A stretch of 64,000 nt of DNA from a candidate division WOR-3 bacterium (GTDB taxonomy: Bacteria > Hydrothermota > Tepidihabitantia > Tepidihabitantales > Tepidihabitantaceae): the NCBI GenBank assembly GCA_965648905.1, contig CBFGIT010000001.1, positions 32,001-96,000 of the forward strand. The letters run 5' to 3'. This document shows, piece after piece, positions 1 to 8,277 of the stretch. The notes under the pieces were generated by a model. That model searched no databases and had not been told where the DNA came from. It saw only the letters and a program-made list of their open reading frames with translations. Both the position numbers and the translations under genes were made by a program. How positions within the stretch are numbered: position 1 is the first letter of the stretch; each line of letters begins with the position of its first letter.

Positions 1-567
1 GGACCAACTCTCGTCCTCAGTTCATTAGGCCTCGGTTCTACCCAATTTATAACGAGTCTTATACAGGCCATCAGCCCGAATGCCTCGTCTAACTGACGAG
101 TTGATAAGAAGATACGATGAACGGCGCATCCCGTCCTCCTGCCTTCCCGGTACTATCTGACACAGCATCGGTCATGTCATCGTCCAACCCATGCTGCACG
201 CGAATTCCAGTGCGACCCCAACGGGCGAGGCGCAACGCATGCTGTCCAGTATCATGCTGACCATGCCACCTGCGGTTCCAAAGAGCACAGCGCCCCGCAC
301 CCGGCATTGCGCCGGCACCTGCACCCGAAACGCTACGGCCGCCTCCGCTCGTAGCCGCATCAGCAGCAGCACGGCTGACGACGCGCTGAAATCCAAAGGC
401 CGACTCGTGCCGAGCCCAGATTGTGTGTCGCCGGCTTCGTCATTGTGCAGACGTGAATTGCGGCATAGCCTTTTCTGCACCTGCAGTCTGGCGGTACCGT
501 GGCCGGTGCGGCAGCAACGGCCGCAGTCTATCTCTTGACCTTTTGTTGGCCGCGGCTACGATGGCCG

Positions 568-1881
568 GTGGTCAAGCACTTCGCCCCGGTGCTCAAGATC
601 CGCAACTTCGCACTGCTCGTTTCAAGCGCCAGCGTTTCCCAGTTCGGAGACCGGTTGACCCACATGTTGCTGATTACGGTCATCGGCGCCACCCGGCCGG
701 GCAGCCTGCTGGCGTTTTCTGCCGGGTCGCTTGTCTTCATCGTTCCGACCATGGTTCTTGCACCGCTGGCCGGGGTGCTGGCCGACCGCTGGGACAAACG
801 CCGGGTCGTGTTTCTGGCTCACTTCGCCCAGTCTGCTCTGCTTGTGGTTGCCGCCCTGCTGATTGCCTGGTCGGGAAGCTTCGCACCTTTCTGGGTCGCC
901 CTGTTTCTGTTCTTCGGACTGGACGTGTTCAACAACACCGCTCTGCCTGCGCTTGTACCCGGGATTGTTGCCCGGCGCAAGCTGCTCTTGGCCAACTCGG
1001 TGAATCTGACGTTTGGCCGGGTCGCAACTATTCTCGGCATGGTTGCGGGCGGGTTTCTGCTCCGCTGGACCGGCTGGAAGTACGGGATGTTCATCAATGC
1101 GTCTACCCATCTCTGCGCCGGGCTGCTGGCATTCTCCATGTCCGGCGGTACGCGAAAGCGGGGACAGTCCCAAGGAGCGCGAGAACGCGCGGGACCGGCC
1201 CGCCTGCGCGCGACGCGCGGGCAGGCCCCGCTTTCGACCGGCTTGGCCGGACTGGTGCGCGATTCGGTCCGACGACTGGTCTTTGACCTGGCCGAGCTGG
1301 TTCGGGTCGTGGCCGTGAATCGGGTGGTCGCGTTCGTCATGGCTTCGGTCGTTGTCGCCACGTTTGTCTCTTCGGTTTCGTACACCGTGCTCGTGTTCGT
1401 GGTCCAGCAGGTACTCGGACTGGGCACTGCGGGCGTGGGCCTGGCCGCCGGGGTCATGGCGGTCGGGATGGTGGCTGGTGCCGCGGGCATGGGTCTGCTC
1501 CGGGCAAGGGTGAACCGGCCGATGGTTGTGGTTGTAGTCATTGCCGGGTATGGGCTGTTGTTCCTTGCCGGCCCGCTGCTGCTCTCGATTCCTTTTGTCG
1601 TGGTTGTCGCCCTGGCTGCCGGAGTGATGTTCTCTTTGCTGGGCATTGTGCAGAACACGATGCTGCACGAGACGGTCGAGCCCGAGGTTCAGGGCCGGGT
1701 CTTCTCAACCCGGGAGTTCGTGGTCAATCTGACGTTTCTTCTGAGCACGCTTCTGGTCGGCGCACTCGGCGACCTGACTTCCTATCGGGTGGTCTTTGTT
1801 GTTATCGGGCTGGTCTTGACCGGGCTTGGTGTGCTCGGCTGGTTTGCAGCCCGGAAACTGGGACGGGCCGGGTACGGATGA
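568..1881 (+). CDS. MFS transporter
   Basis: About 12 hydrophobic segments, 'SQFGDRL' and motif A 'GVLADRWDKRR'. Start moved from 499 to GTG 568, 5 nt after TTGACC-16-TACGAT (535-562). Confidence 0.88.
   Translation: MVKHFAPVLKIRNFALLVSSASVSQFGDRLTHMLLITVIGATRPGSLLAFSAGSLVFIVPTMVLAPLAGVLADRWDKRRVVFLAHFAQSALLVVAALLIAWSGSFAPFWVALFLFFGLDVFNNTALPALVPGIVARRKLLLANSVNLTFGRVATILGMVAGGFLLRWTGWKYGMFINASTHLCAGLLAFSMSGGTRKRGQSQGARERAGPARLRATRGQAPLSTGLAGLVRDSVRRLVFDLAELVRVVAVNRVVAFVMASVVVATFVSSVSYTVLVFVVQQVLGLGTAGVGLAAGVMAVGMVAGAAGMGLLRARVNRPMVVVVVIAGYGLLFLAGPLLLSIPFVVVVALAAGVMFSLLGIVQNTMLHETVEPEVQGRVFSTREFVVNLTFLLSTLLVGALGDLTSYRVVFVVIGLVLTGLGVLGWFAARKLGRAGYG
1153..1236. repeat. 84-nt MITE/REP-like insert with 11-bp terminal inverted repeats, in frame in the MFS central loop
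   Basis: CGAAAGCGGGG (1153-1163) ... CCCCGCTTTCG (1226-1236), containing GGGACAGTCCC; length is 28 codons. Confidence 0.5.
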
Positions 1882-2710
1882 TGGTGTTGTCAATCAGACG
1901 GGTGCTGCCGAAGCGGACTGCCAGGGCGATGAGGACCCTGCCTTTGATTCGGGCTACGGGCCTCAGTTCGTCAGTGTCCACCAGCTCGATATAGTCAATC
2001 CGGCCGCTGGACCGGCGCTCGATAAGCCGCCGCATTGCCGCCTTGATTGTCCCGGGTCGCTCGACCCCGCGCCGAACCATCTTGCGGGCAAGGACAAGGG
2101 AGTGATACAGGACCGGTGCTTCGGCCCGCTGAACCGGAGTGAGATAGGTGTTACGCGAGCTCATGGCCAGACCGTCCGGCTCGCGCACGGTCGGCACGAT
2201 AACGAGCTTCAGGTTGTAACCCAGGTCGCGAACCATACGCCGAATGACAAATGCCTGCTGCGCGTCTTTCTGGCCGAACACGGCAACATCGGGTTGCACG
2301 ATGTTGAGCAGCTTGGCAACGATGGTTGTCACCCCGCGGAAGTGGCCGGGCCGGGACCGTCCGCAAAGGCCTTGGGTGAGTCGTTCGACTTCGACAAAGG
2401 TAGCATATCCGGCCGGATAGACGTCGCGGACAGTCGGACAGAAAAGGATGTCGGCGCCGGCCTGCTTAAGGAGCGTGCGGTCACGGGCAACGTCGCGGGG
2501 ATAGCGCTCGTAGTCCTCGTTCGGGCCGAACTGAGTTGGGTTGACGAACAGCGAGACGACGACAAGGTCGGCGTGGCGACGGCATACCCGGACCAGTTCG
2601 AGATGGCCTTGGTGCAGGTAGCCCATGGTCGGGACCAGGCCGATGCGGCCGCGGCAGCGTAATGCGCGGGAGCGGCGCTGCATCCCGGCAACCGTTCGAA
2701 CAACAATCAA
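1802..2710 (-). CDS. panC: pantoate--beta-alanine ligase
   Basis: VPTMGYLHQGH, FVNPTQF, FGQKDAQQ, GLAMSSRN, RLIDN. Start TTG 2710 just after the panB stop. Confidence 0.96.
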   Translation of the reverse strand: MIVVRTVAGMQRRSRALRCRGRIGLVPTMGYLHQGHLELVRVCRRHADLVVVSLFVNPTQFGPNEDYERYPRDVARDRTLLKQAGADILFCPTVRDVYPAGYATFVEVERLTQGLCGRSRPGHFRGVTTIVAKLLNIVQPDVAVFGQKDAQQAFVIRRMVRDLGYNLKLVIVPTVREPDGLAMSSRNTYLTPVQRAEAPVLYHSLVLARKMVRRGVERPGTIKAAMRRLIERRSSGRIDYIELVDTDELRPVARIKGRVLIALAVRFGSTRLIDNTIIRTRPVPVSGLQTSRAHQARSRPAR

Positions 2711-2714
2711 GGCT

Positions 2715-3554
2715 TCAGGGCTGTCTGGAGGGCGGGGTGTGGAAAGTATGTTCTTCGTCGGGAAAACGTCCACAGCGGACGTCGTCGCAGTAGCGTGCGA
2801 CCGCAGACTCGATTTCCGGCCCGAGCCGGGCGTACTGGCGCACAAACTTGAGCGGCGGGGAGTCAGACAGGCCGAGCATGTCCTGGAGTACGAGTATCTG
2901 GCCATCGCACTCAGGTCCGGCGCCGATGCCGATTACCGGAATCGCCAGCTCCTTGGTCACCCGGGCCGCGGCCTCGGCCGGCACCTTTTCGACTACGATT
3001 GAGAAGCAGCCGGCGGCCTGCAGCTCTTTAGCGTCGGCAACAAGCCGGTCCTGCTCCTCGAGGCGGCGGGCCTGGAGCCGGTAGCCGCCCAGTTGATGGA
3101 CCGACTGCGGCGTCAGGCCCAGATGTCCCATGACCGGGATGCCGAGCGTGACCAGGCGCTGGACCGCAGGGAGAACCGGGCCCGCGCCTTCGAGCTTAAC
3201 CGCCTGCGCACCGACCTTGAGCAGCCGGCCGGCATTGTCGACCGCAGACTCAAGAGACACCTGATAGGAAAGAAAAGGCATGTCGGCCACAACCAGGGCC
3301 CGAGCCACGGCCGAAGCCACGGCCCGCGTGTGGAAAAGCATCTCTTCCATGCCGATGGGTAGAGTCGTTTCCATGCCGTGCCAGACATTGGCCGCCGAGT
3401 CACCGACAAGAATGAGGTCAACCCCGGCCTGGTCGAGAATCCTCGCGGTCGGATAGTCGTAGGCGGTGAGACAGGCGAGTTTCTCGCCCCGTCGCTTCTT
3501 ACGGACCAGCTCGACCGTGGTCAGTCGTTCTGGTTTCTGCTCGTGAGTTGACAT
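2715..3554 (-). CDS. panB: 3-methyl-2-oxobutanoate hydroxymethyltransferase
   Basis: LTAYDY, ILVGDS, VADMPFLSY, AVKLEG, GHLGLTPQSV, IGIGAG. Confidence 0.97.
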   Translation of the reverse strand: MSTHEQKPERLTTVELVRKKRRGEKLACLTAYDYPTARILDQAGVDLILVGDSAANVWHGMETTLPIGMEEMLFHTRAVASAVARALVVADMPFLSYQVSLESAVDNAGRLLKVGAQAVKLEGAGPVLPAVQRLVTLGIPVMGHLGLTPQSVHQLGGYRLQARRLEEQDRLVADAKELQAAGCFSIVVEKVPAEAAARVTKELAIPVIGIGAGPECDGQILVLQDMLGLSDSPPLKFVRQYARLGPEIESAVARYCDDVRCGRFPDEEHTFHTPPSRQP

Positions 3555-3576
3555 CGTGCCGTGCCCTGGTGCAGTC

Positions 3577-4209
3577 TCATCCCCGGCTGCGCGGTGAGTA
3601 GAACCGGCGTCCGGTCTTGGTCGTCTCGATCGCCCGGAACAGCTCTTCGAAGTCGTCACGGTTGGTGACAATGTCAAGCCGCTCGGTATTGACGATGAGC
3701 AGCGGGGTTGAGTCGTAACGCAGAAAGAAATGGTTGTAGGCATCGGCCAGCCCGGCCAGGTAGTCATAGTCGATTGCGACCTCAAACCGTTGCCCACGCT
3801 CGCGGATTCGAGCCATGAGCACGTCAACGTGCGCCTGGAGGTAGATGACCAGGTCCGGCCGCGTCACCTCGGCAATCAGTGCCTGGTAGAGCCGTTCGTA
3901 CAGAGCGAGCTCATGGTCGGTAAGGTTGTAGGCCGCGTAGATGCGGTCTTTCTCGAAGAAGTAGTCGGTGACAACGTTCTGGTCGAACAGCTCGGGCTGT
4001 CTGAGCTCCTGCTGCTGCTTGTGGCGCGCAAGCAGGAAGAACACCTGGGCCTGAAACGCATAGCCGCGCATGTCGGCATAGAACCGCTCAAGGAACGGGT
4101 TCTCTTCAGTTGCTTCCAGAATCAGGCGGGCATCAAGACGCTTGGCCAGCAGTTGAGCCAGGGCGGTCTTGCCTGCGCCGATCGGCCCCTCAACCGCGAT
4201 GTACTTCAT
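3577..4209 (-). CDS. deoxynucleoside kinase
   Basis: P-loop EGPIGAGKT, NPFLERFY, PDLVIYLQA; usual position next to folK and panB. Confidence 0.93.
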   Translation of the reverse strand: MKYIAVEGPIGAGKTALAQLLAKRLDARLILEATEENPFLERFYADMRGYAFQAQVFFLLARHKQQQELRQPELFDQNVVTDYFFEKDRIYAAYNLTDHELALYERLYQALIAEVTRPDLVIYLQAHVDVLMARIRERGQRFEVAIDYDYLAGLADAYNHFFLRYDSTPLLIVNTERLDIVTNRDDFEELFRAIETTKTGRRFYSPRSRG

Positions 4210-4679
4210 CAGGTGACCACCCGCCGCACACCGCTGGTCCCGGTCTGTGCCAGGAGGGCCTGCACCGAGAGACCGAGCCGGGGATGGCAGAGCTCTGGTG
4301 CCAGCTCGGCCAGGGGCACGAGTACGAAGGGCCTGGTGTGCATGCGCGGGTGAGGCAGAACCAGACCGGGCAGGGCAAGGACCGAAGATTCGTAGAGCAG
4401 CAGGTCGATGTCTATCACCCTTGGACCCGGGCCCGGCACACGACCAAGACGCTGTTCAATCGCTTTGGTACTTTGGAACAGGCCCTCAGGCGCAAGCCCG
4501 GTTGTCAGTTGGACCACGCCGTTCAGGAACAGTGGGGCACCCGGCATGTCGACCGGCTCGGTCTCGTACCAGGACGAACGCCGGGTCTGGCCCAGGCTGC
4601 CGAGCTCGAGCACGGCTCTTTCAAGGGTGGCCTGACGGTCGCCAAGGTTGGCGCCCAGGCCCAGATACGCTTCGGCCAT
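4209..4679 (-). CDS. folK: 2-amino-4-hydroxy-6-hydroxymethyldihydropteridine diphosphokinase
   Basis: YLGLGANLGD, YETEP, PRVIDIDLL, LPHPRMHTRPFVLVPL. Confidence 0.96.
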   Translation of the reverse strand: MAEAYLGLGANLGDRQATLERAVLELGSLGQTRRSSWYETEPVDMPGAPLFLNGVVQLTTGLAPEGLFQSTKAIEQRLGRVPGPGPRVIDIDLLLYESSVLALPGLVLPHPRMHTRPFVLVPLAELAPELCHPRLGLSVQALLAQTGTSGVRRVVT

Positions 4680-4685
4680 GAACTA

Positions 4686-4713
4686 AGAGTAGACAGCCGG
4701 AAGCAACTGTCAA
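4686..4713 (-). promoter_or_regulatory. sigma70-like promoter of the folK operon, probably leaderless
   Basis: TTGACA-16-TACTCT, 6 nt before ATG 4679, no SD. Confidence 0.65.
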
Positions 4714-4719
4714 ACCCGG

Positions 4720-4929
4720 CTAGGACTGCTCAATCGGCCGGACCTTGAGGGCCCTCGGGCCACGCGGCGTGTCGGTCGTCTCGAACTGAACCCGCTGCTT
4801 GGGTTCAAGCGGCCTGTACTCCTGGCTGACCAGGTCGCCGAAGTGGACAAACACTTCGCGGCTGCCGTCATCCGGGGCGATGAAGCCGTAACCTTTCTGG
4901 GCATCGAACCACTTCACTGTTCCAGTCAT
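4720..4929 (-). CDS. cspA: cold-shock protein
   Basis: TGTVKWFDAQKGYGFI and EVFVHF (RNP1/RNP2). Confidence 0.95.
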   Translation of the reverse strand: MTGTVKWFDAQKGYGFIAPDDGSREVFVHFGDLVSQEYRPLEPKQRVQFETTDTPRGPRALKVRPIEQS

Positions 4930-4958
4930 TCGGAGGTGTGCCTTTCGGTACAGCGCCT

Positions 4959-5034
4959 ACTCTAGACGACCGGCCCGCGAAGTCAAGAACTGCCTTCGGC
5001 GAACGGTTGACCGCTCACGGCCCGCCCCTATAAT
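4959..5034. promoter_or_regulatory. back-to-back divergent sigma70-like promoters (cspA / nnr)
   Basis: Minus strand TTGACT(4986-4981)-16-TAGAGT; plus strand TTGACC(5007-5012)-16-TATAAT(5029-5034). Confidence 0.7.
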
Positions 5035-5043
5035 CTGACCTGT

Positions 5044-6609
5044 ATGATGCAGCGTATCGTTACCACCGAAGAAATGAAGGGAATTGACCGTCGGGCCACG
5101 ACCAGTTGGCACATTCCGGGCATGGTCCTGATGGAGAATGCGGGCCGCTCAGTCGCCGATGCAGTTGAGCGCACATTCGAGAACCTTGCCGGCCACGCGG
5201 TTCTTGTAGTCTGCGGCAAGGGGAACAACGGCGGCGACGGCTTTGTCGCGGCCCGTCATCTGGCCAATCGTGGGATTCTGGCTCACTGCATCCTGCTCGG
5301 CCGGGCCAGCGAGCTGCGTGGTGACGCCCGTGCCAACTACGATATCCTCGTTGCCGGCGGGGCTGAGGTTACCGAGCTCGACTCGGCCGATGACCTTGTG
5401 CCGGCTCTTGTTCTCCACACGGTTGTGGTCGACGCCATCCTCGGCACCGGCCTGGACAAACCGCCCCGCGGACTTGTTGCCCAGGCGATTGAGATGATTG
5501 ACGGTGCCGGCCTGTTCACGGTCGCGGTCGACGTTCCGTCCGGTCTCGATTCGACCACTGGCGCAGTTCCGGGCGTTGCCGTCCATGCCGACCTGACCGT
5601 GACCATGGGCCTAGCCAAGACCGGGCTCTGGCTCTACCCGGGCCGCGAATACGTCGGTCAACTCGAACTGGCTGACATCGGCATTCCGGCGCCCCTGCTT
5701 GATGGCGGCGACACGTTCCTGCCTGATGACGAGGCGGTTGCCGAACTGCTGCCGCAGCGCACCCGCCACGGTCACAAGGGTACATTCGGTACCTGTCTTG
5801 TGGTTGCCGGTTCCCAGGGATTCTCCGGTGCGGCGTCTCTTGCCGGAGCAGCCGCGGTCCGCTCCGGCTGCGGTCTGGTTCGACTGGCGATTCCGTCCGG
5901 CATCGCGCCAATCGTCGAGGCGCGAGTGTTCGAGCCGGTGAAGCATCCGCTGCCCGAGACCAGCCTCCATACCATCTCGTCGGATGCAGTTCCGCTCGTG
6001 CTCGAACTTGCCCGGTCGTGCGACGCGATCGCGGTCGGCCCGGGCATCGGCACGAGTGATGAAACCCGCGACTTCCTGCTTCAGCTCCTTCCTGAACTGG
6101 ATAAGCCGGTTGTGCTCGACGCTGATGCCCTCAATATCGTCGCCCGTAACCGGGACGTGCTGCGCAGAGTCCGGGCACCGGTTGTCCTCACGCCCCATCC
6201 CGGAGAGTTCAGCCGGCTTACCGACCTTGCGCCGGATTCAATCAATGCCGACCGCATCGGCATCAGCCGCCGGTTCGCCACTGAAAACGGCGTCGTGCTG
6301 GTGCTGAAGGGTGCTTCGACCGTGGTCGCCGGCCGCGACGGCCAGGTCATCATCAACCCGACCGGTAACTCCGGGCTGGCTTCCGGCGGCACCGGTGACG
6401 TGCTCACCGGGCTGTTGGCCGGTCTGCTTGCCCAGGGCATGAAACCGCTCGATGCCGCGACTGCTGCGGTCTATCTCCACGGCCTTGCGGCCGACATCGC
6501 GGCCAAAGATACCACCGAGTACTGCCTCGCTGCCGGCGACCTGCTCGCATTCCTGCCCGACGCCTTCCAGGCGGTCCTCCGTCGTCCCTCTGAACCGCTC
6601 GACTCCTGA
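5044..6609 (+). CDS. nnr: bifunctional NAD(P)HX epimerase/dehydratase
   Basis: LMENAG, CGKGNNGGDG, VDAILGTG, HKGTFG, LTPHPGEF, GGTGDVLTG. Confidence 0.96.
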   Translation: MMQRIVTTEEMKGIDRRATTSWHIPGMVLMENAGRSVADAVERTFENLAGHAVLVVCGKGNNGGDGFVAARHLANRGILAHCILLGRASELRGDARANYDILVAGGAEVTELDSADDLVPALVLHTVVVDAILGTGLDKPPRGLVAQAIEMIDGAGLFTVAVDVPSGLDSTTGAVPGVAVHADLTVTMGLAKTGLWLYPGREYVGQLELADIGIPAPLLDGGDTFLPDDEAVAELLPQRTRHGHKGTFGTCLVVAGSQGFSGAASLAGAAAVRSGCGLVRLAIPSGIAPIVEARVFEPVKHPLPETSLHTISSDAVPLVLELARSCDAIAVGPGIGTSDETRDFLLQLLPELDKPVVLDADALNIVARNRDVLRRVRAPVVLTPHPGEFSRLTDLAPDSINADRIGISRRFATENGVVLVLKGASTVVAGRDGQVIINPTGNSGLASGGTGDVLTGLLAGLLAQGMKPLDAATAAVYLHGLAADIAAKDTTEYCLAAGDLLAFLPDAFQAVLRRPSEPLDS

Positions 6610-8039
6610 CCATCCTCCTTCTCGTCGCCATCCTCGGCCTGTATCAGCCCGAGCTGTGGCAGGTCTATCCTTCGATGGACGAGATTCGCTGCATCTCAAC
6701 CAGCCCCAGCCGCCTGTTTGTCGCCGTGCCTCAGGGTGTCTACATCCTCAACCGGTTTGACTACTCCTATGTCCGCTGCCTGAACCGCGCCGACGGCATC
6801 GACGGCGATGTGGAGCTCTGTGCCTGGAACCCGGGCCGCGGGAACCTGCTCGTCACCACGGCCGACCGCGTCTACGAGTACTCCGACGTTTCCGACCGGG
6901 TCAGTCAGCTCTTCCCGCCCTTTTCCGAAGTCCGTTCCATCGGCATTGCCGACGCGGCGTACTTTGATACCGACAAAGGGCTGTTCAGGAAACACCGCAC
7001 TCTACCCGAGTTCACCCCGGTCCAGAACTTGCCGCGTGAAGTCGCCTGGTACGGTGAGCGCGACACCTCCCGACCTCAGGACTATGTGTTTCTCAACCCC
7101 TACTTCGTCGCCGACGAGCACCTCAACCAATACACAATCTCCCAGGTCAGGCCTGACCCGGTGCGCCGCAAGCTCTTTGTCGTGGCACCGGGCTACGGGC
7201 TCCTGGTGTACAGCCTGTCTTCCGGAACTCGTGAAACACTCATTCGGCTTGGACCGGCTGACCGGGCGCGCAACTTCATCCGCTTTGACGGGCAGCTCTG
7301 GTTCCTGACCCCGAACCGCAGCACGGCGCTCGACCCGCTCGGGCATTGGCGCTACTTCCTCACCCGGCCCGGGGACCCACCCCAGACTGCATCCCGCCTC
7401 CTGCAGCGCGGCGTCACCGACCTCATCCGTAACGAACGCCTGTTCTGTGTTCTTTCTGAGTCCGGTCTGCCAGCTCTTGATTCCTCGAGTCATCCTCCTC
7501 TGCTCGTCGGTACCAGTGATGGCATCTATCGCCTTGACGGAAAAGGCAGACTCAGCTCCGTACTCAAGCTCAATCGACCGGTCTACGCGCTCGCCCGGCT
7601 TAGAGACTCGGTGCTTGTCGGCACTGATGTCGGTCTCTTTCTTCTTACCGGCGACTCTCTGCTCAGTATCACCGACCCGTTCGGCCGCTCTGACTGGGGC
7701 GTGTACGACATCGTGCAGAGCCGAGCCGGCCTCTTACTTGCCAACCTCGGCGGCGTCACGATGCGCGCGCCGGACGGAACGTGGCTGCGCCTTGTCCCAC
7801 CCGGTTTCGACCTGTCCCAGCCGGTTCGGGCCCTTGCCCAAGGCGGCCACTACCTGTTCGCGGGCACGCCTGCCGGCCTGCTCGCCTGCAACACCAAAGA
7901 CCAGTCCTGGACCGTGATTGACTCGAGTCTGGGTCTGCCCGCGCCGGACATCATCGGCCTCTCTGCCGACGACCACTATCTCTGGATTGCCTCGCCCGGC
8001 CTGCTCGCCCGCTTCGACTATACGAAAGCTCTCAAGTAG
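6606..8039 (+). CDS. secreted beta-propeller-like hypothetical protein
   Basis: Repeated 'VGT.GI/L' blades. The frame is open upstream of ATG 6675 to CTG 6606, which overlaps the nnr stop and gives a signal-like LTILLLVAILG. Confidence 0.7.
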   Translation: MTILLLVAILGLYQPELWQVYPSMDEIRCISTSPSRLFVAVPQGVYILNRFDYSYVRCLNRADGIDGDVELCAWNPGRGNLLVTTADRVYEYSDVSDRVSQLFPPFSEVRSIGIADAAYFDTDKGLFRKHRTLPEFTPVQNLPREVAWYGERDTSRPQDYVFLNPYFVADEHLNQYTISQVRPDPVRRKLFVVAPGYGLLVYSLSSGTRETLIRLGPADRARNFIRFDGQLWFLTPNRSTALDPLGHWRYFLTRPGDPPQTASRLLQRGVTDLIRNERLFCVLSESGLPALDSSSHPPLLVGTSDGIYRLDGKGRLSSVLKLNRPVYALARLRDSVLVGTDVGLFLLTGDSLLSITDPFGRSDWGVYDIVQSRAGLLLANLGGVTMRAPDGTWLRLVPPGFDLSQPVRALAQGGHYLFAGTPAGLLACNTKDQSWTVIDSSLGLPAPDIIGLSADDHYLWIASPGLLARFDYTKALK

Positions 8040-8277
8040 GTCCGGCTCCTGCTCGCCCTTCTACACCCTGACCTTTGGCTTGCGCGTCGGGCGCACCGTG
8101 TCCTCTGGTTCAATTTCGGATTCCGTGTGCGACTTGAGCGCCACTCCCAACCCGAGTATAATTATCTGCCAGTCCGCGGGGTGACACTGCGGCTGGCACG
8201 GCGCGTGCGCGAGCAGCAGCGCGGGGCTGCCGTAAGTCGCAGGCGCTCTGGGTCTGCATCCGCATCTGGAGTCTGTC

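Noticed and set aside
89..538. Short ORFs at the window start
   Set aside because: They show no recognisable motifs or RBS, and a decayed membrane-protein fragment on the minus strand cannot be supported.
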